A DNA stretch of 64,000 nt, taken from IMG/VR virus record IMGVR_UViG_3300045256_000135, positions 96,001 to 160,000 of that record; one strand, given 5' to 3'. A program made the translations under genes and the position numbers. This DNA comes from a virus. Shown here in pieces: positions 56,377-64,000 of the stretch (its first letter is position 1; each line of letters begins with the position of its first letter). The notes beneath the pieces were generated by a model. It was not told the origin of the DNA and did not search any database. It was given only the letters and a program-made list of their open reading frames with translations.

Positions 56377-56840
56377 CTGAAGAACCTACAGAATACGTTG
56401 TACTGGTACAGATCGGTTTTCAACGCGGTGCCGGAAAGAAACCGGGTCAATTAGTAAAGGCCTTCCACCAGTTTAAAACTGGTGGAGAGACCGAAATTAC
56501 CCGCGGAACGACCGAAGAAGAGGGGAAGTGGCTAACCGACCTTTCTGACCGGCTTGTCAGACAGTGGTACATGGCCAAGGTGCGTATGTCAGAGGGAGAT
56601 TCCATCCGCTACGAGATCTTCACTGGCTACGCCGGGAGAGGTGAAGATCAAAACCTGACACAGAAACGCATGTACATTGTCGATTCAAGTGCCCCAATCC
56701 GCACCTTTGAGTTGCCTCAGGTTGGCTTCAATCGCTACCCAATTCTGAAAGGGCGACTCCTAGAGGTAGAGTCGGTGACAAAGAGGGAAGAAACTGATAG
56801 GGAAATTGAAGGTTTCATTGACGACGAATCGGGGATGTGA
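56373..56840 (+). CDS. hypothetical protein
   Basis: 155 aa; acidic C-terminus. Confidence 0.7.
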   Translation: MTEEPTEYVVLVQIGFQRGAGKKPGQLVKAFHQFKTGGETEITRGTTEEEGKWLTDLSDRLVRQWYMAKVRMSEGDSIRYEIFTGYAGRGEDQNLTQKRMYIVDSSAPIRTFELPQVGFNRYPILKGRLLEVESVTKREETDREIEGFIDDESGM

Positions 56841-56855
56841 CAGGTTGAACGTAGG

Positions 56856-56867
56856 TATAATAGTACG
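56856..56867 (+). promoter_or_regulatory. -10 box (TATAAT) 6 nt before ATG; leaderless promoter candidate
   Basis: TATAAT-agtacg-ATG(56868); no SD and no clear -35. Confidence 0.55.
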
Positions 56868-58688
56868 ATGCCTATTGATCTCGATGTGACACCGGATGGC
56901 TCAAAACTGATTGTCTGGTTGGTTGATCCACGTTTTACCAACCAGATGAACCTTTTGCTATCATCTCTGCTGACGAGTCAGTTAGATCGCGTTCACGATC
57001 AGTGGTTGGTAACTTGGAGCGACTTCAAGCAACTCCGCGTAAAGATGGACCAACTGGGTCTCACAGAAGGACGTTCAGCCACACAAGCTGCAGTCTCTTG
57101 GATCGCGGATCAGGAAGCTAGAGACGTTGAGGTGGAGTCGATCAAAGAGGGGAAACAAAACCATCTTGTCCATCTCCCAAAGACGGTTGTAACTAAACCG
57201 TACGAAGATCAGATCACCGGGATTCGATTTCTCACGGCTATACCTTTCGCTGTTCTGGCTGATGAGATGGGTATCGGCAAGACCCTTCAGATCCTAAGCG
57301 CCTTCGCTGTGCTCAAGTCGAAAGGCGAAGCGAAGCACATGCTGGTGATCGCACCCAACAGTGTCAAAACTGGATGGGTCAAAGAGGTTAACAAGCACAC
57401 CACGTTGACAGTATCCGCCCTCGGAAACGGCTCAGTACAGTTGGAGCAGGACTTCGACAAGTACAAAAAGAAGCGAACTGATGTGTTGGTTGTGCATTAC
57501 GATGCACTTTCCAGTACGAAGACGAAGCACAACCGGCGACGTCTACCGTACTCTCATCTGGTTGAAGAGGCTCTAAAGCTTCCCTGGGACTTCATCGTGT
57601 TTGATGAAGCACATCAAGTCAAGTCTCTAGAAACGAAGCGAGGTCAAGCTTCATTGCACCTTGCAGCAAACGCTAAGACTGACAAGAAGACTAGAGCCAG
57701 ATTGTGCTTAGCCACCGGCACGCCAGTTTCAGAAAGCCCGATGGATGCATGGTCAGTGCTAAACTTCATCGACAAGAGCCAATTACCAAAGACTTACAAC
57801 AAGTTCGAGAACTATTTCACCATCAAAGTTCGAAAAGAGATGGGTGGTCGCGTATGGGGTGAGACAACAGGCTACAAAAACCTGGGCGAACTGAAACAGC
57901 TACTTCAACGCTCGATGATCCGTCGACTGAAAGTGGACATCAAAGGGATGCCAGAGAAAGTATCGCAGTTTCGCTATCTTCAGATGACTGGAGCTCAACA
58001 GCAACTGTACAACGACATCAAGCGTGGTCTGTACGATACAATCGAGCAGGACCCAAACAACAAGCTTTCGATCGCCTTTGCTATGACAAAGTGCATCAGA
58101 TTGAGGCAGGCTCTGAATCACCCCTCGCTTGTTGAAAAAGAGGGAGAGAGTGCTAAGTATCAGATTGTGGATGAGATTCTGGACGAGGTGCTCACTGACC
58201 CAATGTCCAAAGTTGTACTCTGGACAGAGTTTAGAGCAGCTGCAGACTTGCTGGTTGAACGGTACGAGAAGAAGTATGGCTGCATCAAGCTAGTCGGTGG
58301 TACTTCACAAGAGCAGCTGAGCTACTGGTCCAAGAATTTCGACCATATGCCTCAGCGCGTTGCAGTTGGTATCCCGCTGTTTGGTGGCACTGGTGTTGAC
58401 TTCTTGAGTCGGTGCCGAACCGCGATCTACCTAGAGCCACCCTACAGTCTGATTACTTTCAGGCAGTCTTGTGATCGCATCCATCGCAGAGTTGGCACAG
58501 GTAACGACCCGATCGAAGTGATCAAGCGATCTCCAGCCAACCTCATCTTCTTGCAAGTTGAGAAGTCCATCGATGAGCTGTGCTACAAACTGCTAGCACG
58601 AAAAGGCGACATGGTCGATCTACTGCTTACCAGCGACGAGAAACTTGAGCAGATGGGCAAGACAGAGCTCCTAGAGTACCTCAAGTAA
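56868..58688 (+). CDS. SNF2-family SF2 helicase/translocase
   Basis: LADEMGIGKT, FDEAH, ATGTP, IRRLK, LRQ..NHP, S.K and Q..DRIHR motifs. Confidence 0.92.
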   Translation: MPIDLDVTPDGSKLIVWLVDPRFTNQMNLLLSSLLTSQLDRVHDQWLVTWSDFKQLRVKMDQLGLTEGRSATQAAVSWIADQEARDVEVESIKEGKQNHLVHLPKTVVTKPYEDQITGIRFLTAIPFAVLADEMGIGKTLQILSAFAVLKSKGEAKHMLVIAPNSVKTGWVKEVNKHTTLTVSALGNGSVQLEQDFDKYKKKRTDVLVVHYDALSSTKTKHNRRRLPYSHLVEEALKLPWDFIVFDEAHQVKSLETKRGQASLHLAANAKTDKKTRARLCLATGTPVSESPMDAWSVLNFIDKSQLPKTYNKFENYFTIKVRKEMGGRVWGETTGYKNLGELKQLLQRSMIRRLKVDIKGMPEKVSQFRYLQMTGAQQQLYNDIKRGLYDTIEQDPNNKLSIAFAMTKCIRLRQALNHPSLVEKEGESAKYQIVDEILDEVLTDPMSKVVLWTEFRAAADLLVERYEKKYGCIKLVGGTSQEQLSYWSKNFDHMPQRVAVGIPLFGGTGVDFLSRCRTAIYLEPPYSLITFRQSCDRIHRRVGTGNDPIEVIKRSPANLIFLQVEKSIDELCYKLLARKGDMVDLLLTSDEKLEQMGKTELLEYLK

Positions 58689-58897
58689 CCCTGCTCTACC
58701 ATGTCTTTCCCACATCTAGCTATCTAAGCTAATGCACATGACGAGTCTAATGATACGTCAAAGAGCCAAGAATCTCCGGAGTTTAAACGAGCAGCTTGAT
58801 GACGAGGAGCATTGTACGTTGGATGCACGCTTGGCTTGAACTACTCATGCACAGTATTTACCGTACACTGTCTCTGACTGCTGGTCGACAGCTGCAC

Positions 58898-58991
58898 AAG
58901 GGTGTATATACACCCTTCATCTTTTATTCTCTAAACTAGTCTTTTTCTTCTAGTCTATGATTCTTAGCTAAGAGACTAAGAGACTAAGAGC
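58898..58991. other. candidate replication origin (20-bp palindrome, AT-rich tract, 8-bp direct repeats)
   Basis: AAGGGTGTATATACACCCTT perfect palindrome at 58898-58917; T-rich tract; (CTAAGAGA)x3 at 58968-58991, last copy ending in C; upstream of the loader/helicase operon. Confidence 0.55.
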
Positions 58992-59161
58992 TAGATGATC
59001 ATTTGGACCTGCAAAAACCAAAACCGGAGATTGTCGATCCGTTGGCCGAAAAGAGTTCGGTGGTTCTCTACAGTAGACTAAACTGAGAACAGTAGGTAAA
59101 TCAACTCTGTCGATCCGAGTAGTCAATTCTTGGAGTCGACAACATAGCCACGTAGGGAACG

Positions 59162-60406
59162 ATGGGACTAAAGCCTCGAAAGTCACAGGCGCCAGTAGCT
59201 GTTGCATCGGATCTTTCACCGGTTTACCCGAAGTTGTCAGAACTGGGTGAGATCTACACCAAAGCTCGACCGCCGAACTTTCACCGCGTACTCCTTGAGA
59301 TTGCTCAAGAAGTAGCAGCTTCCGATACGATCAAAGCGAAAAAGTACGCTCAGATTTCAGACAAAAGTACTTGGGTGTACAAGGTACTGTCTGGAACAGC
59401 GGGTCTTCAGCAAGTTGCGTCAACGCTTACGGGGATGGTGCCGAAGGTTGGCGGACTAGTGAAGCTATTCTCGCATCTTGGCTACACTGACCCGGACGAC
59501 TACTTGATCCTCGCAGGCAAGTTTCTGTCGAAGCTCATAACGGATCCAACGCTTTTCAGAAAGCCACGAAGTTGGTTCACACCGTCTCAGAGCATGAATT
59601 CTCAGGGAGGTAAGTACTGGTCCAACCCATTGACTAACTTGGTTGAATCGGTCTGGTACAGTTACGGTCAGGATCCACAGAGATCACTGGATTTGCTTAC
59701 TCACACCACAGCTTTGGTGCACGAAGGCAATCTAGTCGAGACAAGGTTTGACGGGTCAAAAGTGGTTTGGGACTTCACTGTTCTCGCCAAGATAGAGCAG
59801 TTCTGCGCTCAGCGAAAGAAGTCTGTCATTGGCGTTCTCCGTTATCTGACGGAGAAGTTTCGGTTGAAGAAGCAGTGGATCGATGGACAGCAGTTTGCTA
59901 AGCATCCAACGTATTCCCAGCTGTTTTCCGACCTTTGCTTCGACACTGAGACAATTACACGTTTGCCAGACGCAGACCAAGAGTGGAAAGTGGACCTCGC
60001 ACTTCACTTTGGCATCCCAGGAATGCCAAAGATTCCAAACGAGCTTTTGTTTGGACTCGATCTGCGTTCGACTGCTATGCTTGACAAAGAGCTGATTGCT
60101 ATTGCTAAGAATGGCGATCGAGTCTACAAAGACAAAACAGGCACAGTTCACTCCGAGGGTCACCCCACGAGTAGAATCCAGCAGGTGGTGAATTGGGGTA
60201 AAGCGATTCAGATTTGGGTGAATGAGGGCAACTGGGAAGAGCTGAGATCTGCTTGGGATTCGCCTCCTGAACGATGCCCGTGGGTTTGGTACGAGAAGTG
60301 GGGGAACAAGCTATATCGAGACGATGGCACTGCGATTCATCCCGACGCTAAGCTGCGTCCACCGGTTGAGTGGCTGGAGATGTTGAATGCAAAGAAGACT
60401 GGATAA
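59162..60406 (+). CDS. hypothetical protein, candidate replication initiator
   Basis: 414 aa; function inferred only from its position between the origin-like DNA and the DnaC-like gene. Confidence 0.45.
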   Translation: MGLKPRKSQAPVAVASDLSPVYPKLSELGEIYTKARPPNFHRVLLEIAQEVAASDTIKAKKYAQISDKSTWVYKVLSGTAGLQQVASTLTGMVPKVGGLVKLFSHLGYTDPDDYLILAGKFLSKLITDPTLFRKPRSWFTPSQSMNSQGGKYWSNPLTNLVESVWYSYGQDPQRSLDLLTHTTALVHEGNLVETRFDGSKVVWDFTVLAKIEQFCAQRKKSVIGVLRYLTEKFRLKKQWIDGQQFAKHPTYSQLFSDLCFDTETITRLPDADQEWKVDLALHFGIPGMPKIPNELLFGLDLRSTAMLDKELIAIAKNGDRVYKDKTGTVHSEGHPTSRIQQVVNWGKAIQIWVNEGNWEELRSAWDSPPERCPWVWYEKWGNKLYRDDGTAIHPDAKLRPPVEWLEMLNAKKTG

Positions 60407-61199
60407 CGTTGAAGATTGGTGCGCAAGCTGTCCGTTGTGCCAAGGCAGCATGTTCCTCAGTGCAACTTCGTCAGAGAGATGCCCATGCTGGCGATTGTTT
60501 ATGTCAACCAACAGGTTGATAGCCTGCGGGTTTCCAAGAGCGTACACATTGTTCAACTGGGACAGTATGTGGCCGACGAAACTTCAGACTTCCAAAGAGT
60601 GGGAGGCACAGTTTCCAGATTCGTACGCTTGGGAGTTTGACCAAGAGACAACTGACGAAGAGGCAATTCGTTACTGGGTAGACAATCCTGATCAGGTGCA
60701 AACTCGAGGACTTTCGTTGCTTCTGTTCAGTGGCAAAGGGGTGGGAAAGACTTCGCTCGCTACTACTCTAGCAAAAGAGTATACGAAAAGAGTGGGGGTT
60801 GACGATTCCGGTGCCATCGGAAGCTTCACTCCGCGATTCATTGTAACGGATACTCTGTATGAGCTGATTCTGACGAGATCGTGGCACGGACTCGAGCTGT
60901 ATCAGAAAGCAATCTCCTCGGATCTGCTGGTTTTGGATGATCTTCGACTGTCATTCAAAGGGATGGGTGCCAACGACTATTTTGAGCGTTTGCATTCGTG
61001 TCTTCAGCATAGGGCTGCAAACAACTTGCCAACGATCATCACTGTGAACAAGATTGATGATCGCAAAGATTTCCAGGCCAACTGCGTAACAGATTTCTTG
61101 GGTGTGCAAGCAGCTGAGCTACCAGACAAGTTTGGTAAGTACAGATTTGTTAGGTTGAGCAATACTGCCCTCCGACCAGAGCCTGAGTGGGGAATCTGA
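60387..61199 (+). CDS. DnaC/IstB-like AAA+ helicase loader
   Basis: N-terminal CxxCxxC...CPC; GKGVGKT Walker A; DLLVLDDL Walker B; R....LPTIIT.N. Confidence 0.85.
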   Translation: MQRRLDNVEDWCASCPLCQGSMFLSATSSERCPCWRLFMSTNRLIACGFPRAYTLFNWDSMWPTKLQTSKEWEAQFPDSYAWEFDQETTDEEAIRYWVDNPDQVQTRGLSLLLFSGKGVGKTSLATTLAKEYTKRVGVDDSGAIGSFTPRFIVTDTLYELILTRSWHGLELYQKAISSDLLVLDDLRLSFKGMGANDYFERLHSCLQHRAANNLPTIITVNKIDDRKDFQANCVTDFLGVQAAELPDKFGKYRFVRLSNTALRPEPEWGI

Positions 61200-62575
61200 T
61201 GGACGTTAAGCCGTTTGCCGATCCAGATCTGGAAGAGACATTCTTGTCAGCTGTAGCTCAAGGACACGAGTCTGCCAAATCCGTGTTGAGCATCGTTAAA
61301 CCAGAGCACTTTGACACTCCGACATATCGTTGGTTTCTTGAGGTTATCAAGCAGCGTTCTGATTCAGTGCCGACGAAAGGCATGCTGATTCAGATCGTTG
61401 ACGATACGTTTAAGGTGAAAGATGAGCAGGACAAGTACAAGCTGTCCCTGTCTCGTTTGTATTCGCTGAATATCGAGCAGGGTGCATCTGATGCCGTTTT
61501 GACTTACAAGAGGTTCATTTCGCTTCAGCAGACAAGTACAGCTATCAAGCGGTTTTACGACGATTACGGCAGAACAAGGAAGCTAGAGTTCGCACTTCGA
61601 GATCTCGAACTTGGCTTGGCGGACGCGAAGGAGGCTCTGTCCACTAAGCAGCTTCAGGTAGTAGACTTCGCCAAGACATTCAAAGAGCGAGAGGCCGTAC
61701 GAAAGTACAAGCGAGACAATCCGGATCTGTTCCCTAGGATGCGATTCGGTATACCAAAGCTTGATGCACAGTTGAAGTGTGAATTCGGAACAGTAACGCA
61801 ATTCCTTGCACCAATGAAGCGGTACAAGTCAGTGATCCTAGCCACAGGTGCATTCGCTTCTGTATTGCAAGGGTTTAACACTGTTCTAGTCGTTGTTGAG
61901 AACTCCATCGAACTGACCATGAATCGGCTGGATTCGATGTTCACTTCGATCAATTACGATCGAGTTGTCAACTACTTGAAAGACTCACAAGAGCGAAAGC
62001 ACGTTGACCAGCTGTTTGAGAAGATCGACAAGTGGCCACAGCGACTGAAGGTGATCAAAGGCAATCCGAACGAGCTTACCATCCCCGACTTGGATCGAGA
62101 ACTACGGAGACTCGAACGAGAAGAGGGGTTCACCGCTGAAGTCAAAATCATCGATTACTTGAACCTGATGAAGGCGTCTACAGCAGTACAACGTGACAAT
62201 GACGAGCAAACCGAAATCTGTTGGGATATGCAGAAGTCTGCGAAGGATCCAAGCAGGCCTTCGATCTTCATCACCGCCTCTCAGGCGAACATGGCTGGCG
62301 CAGAGATCGATAAAGACGGAAAGCCGGTGAAGGTTCGTCAGCACCACCAAGGAAGATCGATTGGTATTGCTCAGGCTGTAGACAATTCAATCGGTATCGA
62401 CGTTGAGTATACAAAGGGACAAGATGGTTCAGCTGCTCCGCCGAACATTATCTTGAGTCCGTTGTTCTTTAGAGACGGATCGATCATGTACCCCGAGGTT
62501 CGTCTAGTTAGCGAAATCGATCGGATGTGTATTGACCGATCGATCAACAAGCTCTGGGAAGAAGCAGAGTGGTAA
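61199..62575 (+). CDS. DnaB-like replicative helicase (degenerate Walker A)
   Basis: N-terminal E...L...PEHF; H1 APMKRYKS, H1a VVEN, H2 IIDYL, H3 ITASQAN, H4 S.GI.QAVD. Confidence 0.75.
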   Translation: MDVKPFADPDLEETFLSAVAQGHESAKSVLSIVKPEHFDTPTYRWFLEVIKQRSDSVPTKGMLIQIVDDTFKVKDEQDKYKLSLSRLYSLNIEQGASDAVLTYKRFISLQQTSTAIKRFYDDYGRTRKLEFALRDLELGLADAKEALSTKQLQVVDFAKTFKEREAVRKYKRDNPDLFPRMRFGIPKLDAQLKCEFGTVTQFLAPMKRYKSVILATGAFASVLQGFNTVLVVVENSIELTMNRLDSMFTSINYDRVVNYLKDSQERKHVDQLFEKIDKWPQRLKVIKGNPNELTIPDLDRELRRLEREEGFTAEVKIIDYLNLMKASTAVQRDNDEQTEICWDMQKSAKDPSRPSIFITASQANMAGAEIDKDGKPVKVRQHHQGRSIGIAQAVDNSIGIDVEYTKGQDGSAAPPNIILSPLFFRDGSIMYPEVRLVSEIDRMCIDRSINKLWEEAEW

Positions 62576-62656
62576 ATACACTCTTTCTCATTCCACGGCT
62601 TGTGTACATTATCATCGCTAGCTCTCTTAGCTTTGTAACCTGAACGGAGCAGAACA

Positions 62657-63370
62657 ATGACCAAAGCAGCACTCGTAGCGTACGTTCTCAAAGCAATGAT
62701 GTCTTGGAGTCCGGTGTCTCAGCATACTCCAGCAGAGAAGCAGGAAGATGCTGAAGCACGGTACAAGTCAATTGCTGAGGACATCGCTGAAGTCGCAATG
62801 GATCCGATCGAATCAGTTGCACCAGTGGACCTTAGATCAGTCGACGGAAGAGTTTTGGTTCAGTCGAGTGATGCTAAGAATGCAATCCTAGTGGCTGCAG
62901 TTGCTAGTCTTGAGACAAATTTCGCAAAGTTTGTCGATGATGGCACGTGCAACCAACCAGGGTACAAGCCTGATGCACGAGGTTCGTGCGACGGTCGAAA
63001 TGCGTGGACGATGTGGCAGTTGCACACAATGGGTGGGATCGTAATTCGTGGTGACGAGATTGTGGGTCGTGCCTACGCCACTCCAGAAGAGCTTGCCAAT
63101 CCATCGCTCTTGTGGACTGGTCCTAAGCTAGTTGCCGATCGGAAGGGAGCTGCTCGAGTGGCTCTCCACGAGATGCGTTACTCAATGCGGAGAACAAAAA
63201 CTCTGTGCCTCTACGCAGGTGAGACCGATCGAGAGCATCCCGGTTCGTGTCGAGTTGTATGCTCGGGATCACCAGAAAAGTGCGTGGTGGCGATTCCGCT
63301 GGCAACTGCCAGATTGTCGAGGGCTGTGTCCTACTTGGCACAGAATCCAGTTGAAGTGTCGGAGATTTGA
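62657..63370 (+). CDS. lysozyme/lytic-transglycosylase-fold candidate
   Basis: AVASLETNF resembles the ES.F catalytic-Glu motif and AWTMWQL resembles A.GL.Q; weakly hydrophobic N-terminus; several Cys. Confidence 0.45.
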   Translation: MTKAALVAYVLKAMMSWSPVSQHTPAEKQEDAEARYKSIAEDIAEVAMDPIESVAPVDLRSVDGRVLVQSSDAKNAILVAAVASLETNFAKFVDDGTCNQPGYKPDARGSCDGRNAWTMWQLHTMGGIVIRGDEIVGRAYATPEELANPSLLWTGPKLVADRKGAARVALHEMRYSMRRTKTLCLYAGETDREHPGSCRVVCSGSPEKCVVAIPLATARLSRAVSYLAQNPVEVSEI

Positions 63371-63415
63371 GAAAGTCTCTGGTATATAGACGAACATACG
63401 CCCTAAGGAGGCAAT

Positions 63416-63787
63416 ATGTCTGGTAGAGATCAGTTGGTTGTTAAGGTGAATGAGAAGATCAAGAGTGACCCTGGGCTTGAGTCACTTAAGCCCCAGCACG
63501 TTGATCTTCTGTCCGAGGCCATTGTTGAGATGGTCAAGGGTGGAGATCGTGTCACTCTGCAAGGGTTCGGTTCGTTTTTCCGGCGTCCTCAGGCTGCTCG
63601 GGTAGCTCGCAACCCGAAGACTGGTGAGCCGATTCAAGTGTCTGCTCGGGTCCGATTGGATTTCCAAGCAACAGTGCCTGCTTTCGACCTGACCGACGAA
63701 GAGACGGCCAAGCTTGCAAAGGCGGCGGCGAAGGCCGCAGCTCCCGCTAAGCCAGCGCCTGCTCCCGCCAAGAAGGCCACGAAGTAA
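63416..63787 (+). CDS. HU/IHF-family DNA-binding protein with A/K/P-rich tail
   Basis: GDRVTL.GFG.F...AAR..RNPKTGE.I motif; AAGGAGG SD. Confidence 0.92.
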   Translation: MSGRDQLVVKVNEKIKSDPGLESLKPQHVDLLSEAIVEMVKGGDRVTLQGFGSFFRRPQAARVARNPKTGEPIQVSARVRLDFQATVPAFDLTDEETAKLAKAAAKAAAPAKPAPAPAKKATK

Positions 63788-63799
63788 GACTGTTTTCCC

Positions 63800-63854
63800 C
63801 AACCCGGAGTTGACTAGGTGCCCCTACCACTGATGTCCTCCGGGTTGTTTTTTT
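63800..63854 (+). terminator. rho-independent terminator with large loop
   Basis: CAACCCGGAG...CTCCGGGTTG 10-bp stem followed by T7. Confidence 0.75.
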
Positions 63855-63863
63855 GAGATTGTA

Positions 63864-63899
63864 CTTGATTTCTTTTGTAGAGATCATTAAGATAGGTCT
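63864..63899 (+). promoter_or_regulatory. variant promoter element (leaderless)
   Basis: C-TTGATT(63865)-17-TAAGAT(63888)-6 nt-ATG(63900). Confidence 0.7.
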
Positions 63900-64000
63900 A
63901 TGGAAGAAGCGAAGATCAGATGCGCCAATGTTCTGAGCCCTGATCAGTGCGGAATCAGTACCGGGGTCTGTGAACGCTTGACCGTTGGCCACGGTAGGCT
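63900..64000 (+). CDS. 3'-truncated hypothetical protein (MEEAKIRCANV...)
   Basis: ATG at the predicted +1; open to the window end. Confidence 0.55.
   Translation, partial: MEEAKIRCANVLSPDQCGISTGVCERLTVGHGR

Noticed and set aside
58689-59161. tRNA or protein-coding gene in the large gap
   Set aside because: No cloverleaf or T-loop consensus; only short (about 35 aa or less) + strand ORFs without SD. The 83-aa minus ORF overlaps gp59162 and lacks features.
1-64000. Stop-codon reassignment
   Set aside because: Standard code gives dense, full-length genes, and TAA, TGA and TAG (e.g. 21017-21019, 41282-41284) all end genes.

Overview
Part of a large contractile-tailed (myovirus-type) phage genome, roughly 50% GC by eye. 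All supported genes are on the + strand and tightly overlapped (ATGA/TGATG junctions). Positions 1-45.8 kb are a virion module: fibre/decoration proteins, a 20-aa-repeat protein, neck, tail terminator, sheath, tube, a -1 frameshifted tail chaperone, three paralogous tape-measure-like proteins (the third ending in a GH73-type muramidase), baseplate hub/spike/gp25/gpJ/wedge, and several large fibres/spikes. Positions 45.8-56.8 kb are an early/accessory region of small genes, punctuated by a conserved ~45-bp promoter element that usually places an ATG at the predicted +1 (leaderless). This region carries ADP-ribosylglycohydrolase, NADAR, Pol X, a 5'-3' exonuclease, a GIY-YIG nuclease and an ATP-dependent ligase. 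Positions 56.8-64 kb hold a SNF2 helicase, a 470-bp non-coding origin-like region, a putative initiator, a DnaC-like loader, a DnaB-like helicase with a degenerate P-loop, a lysozyme-fold candidate and HU. No tRNA, CRISPR array, integrase, reverse transcriptase, capsid or terminase gene was seen. All functional calls come from motif recognition and gene order, not from database searches.
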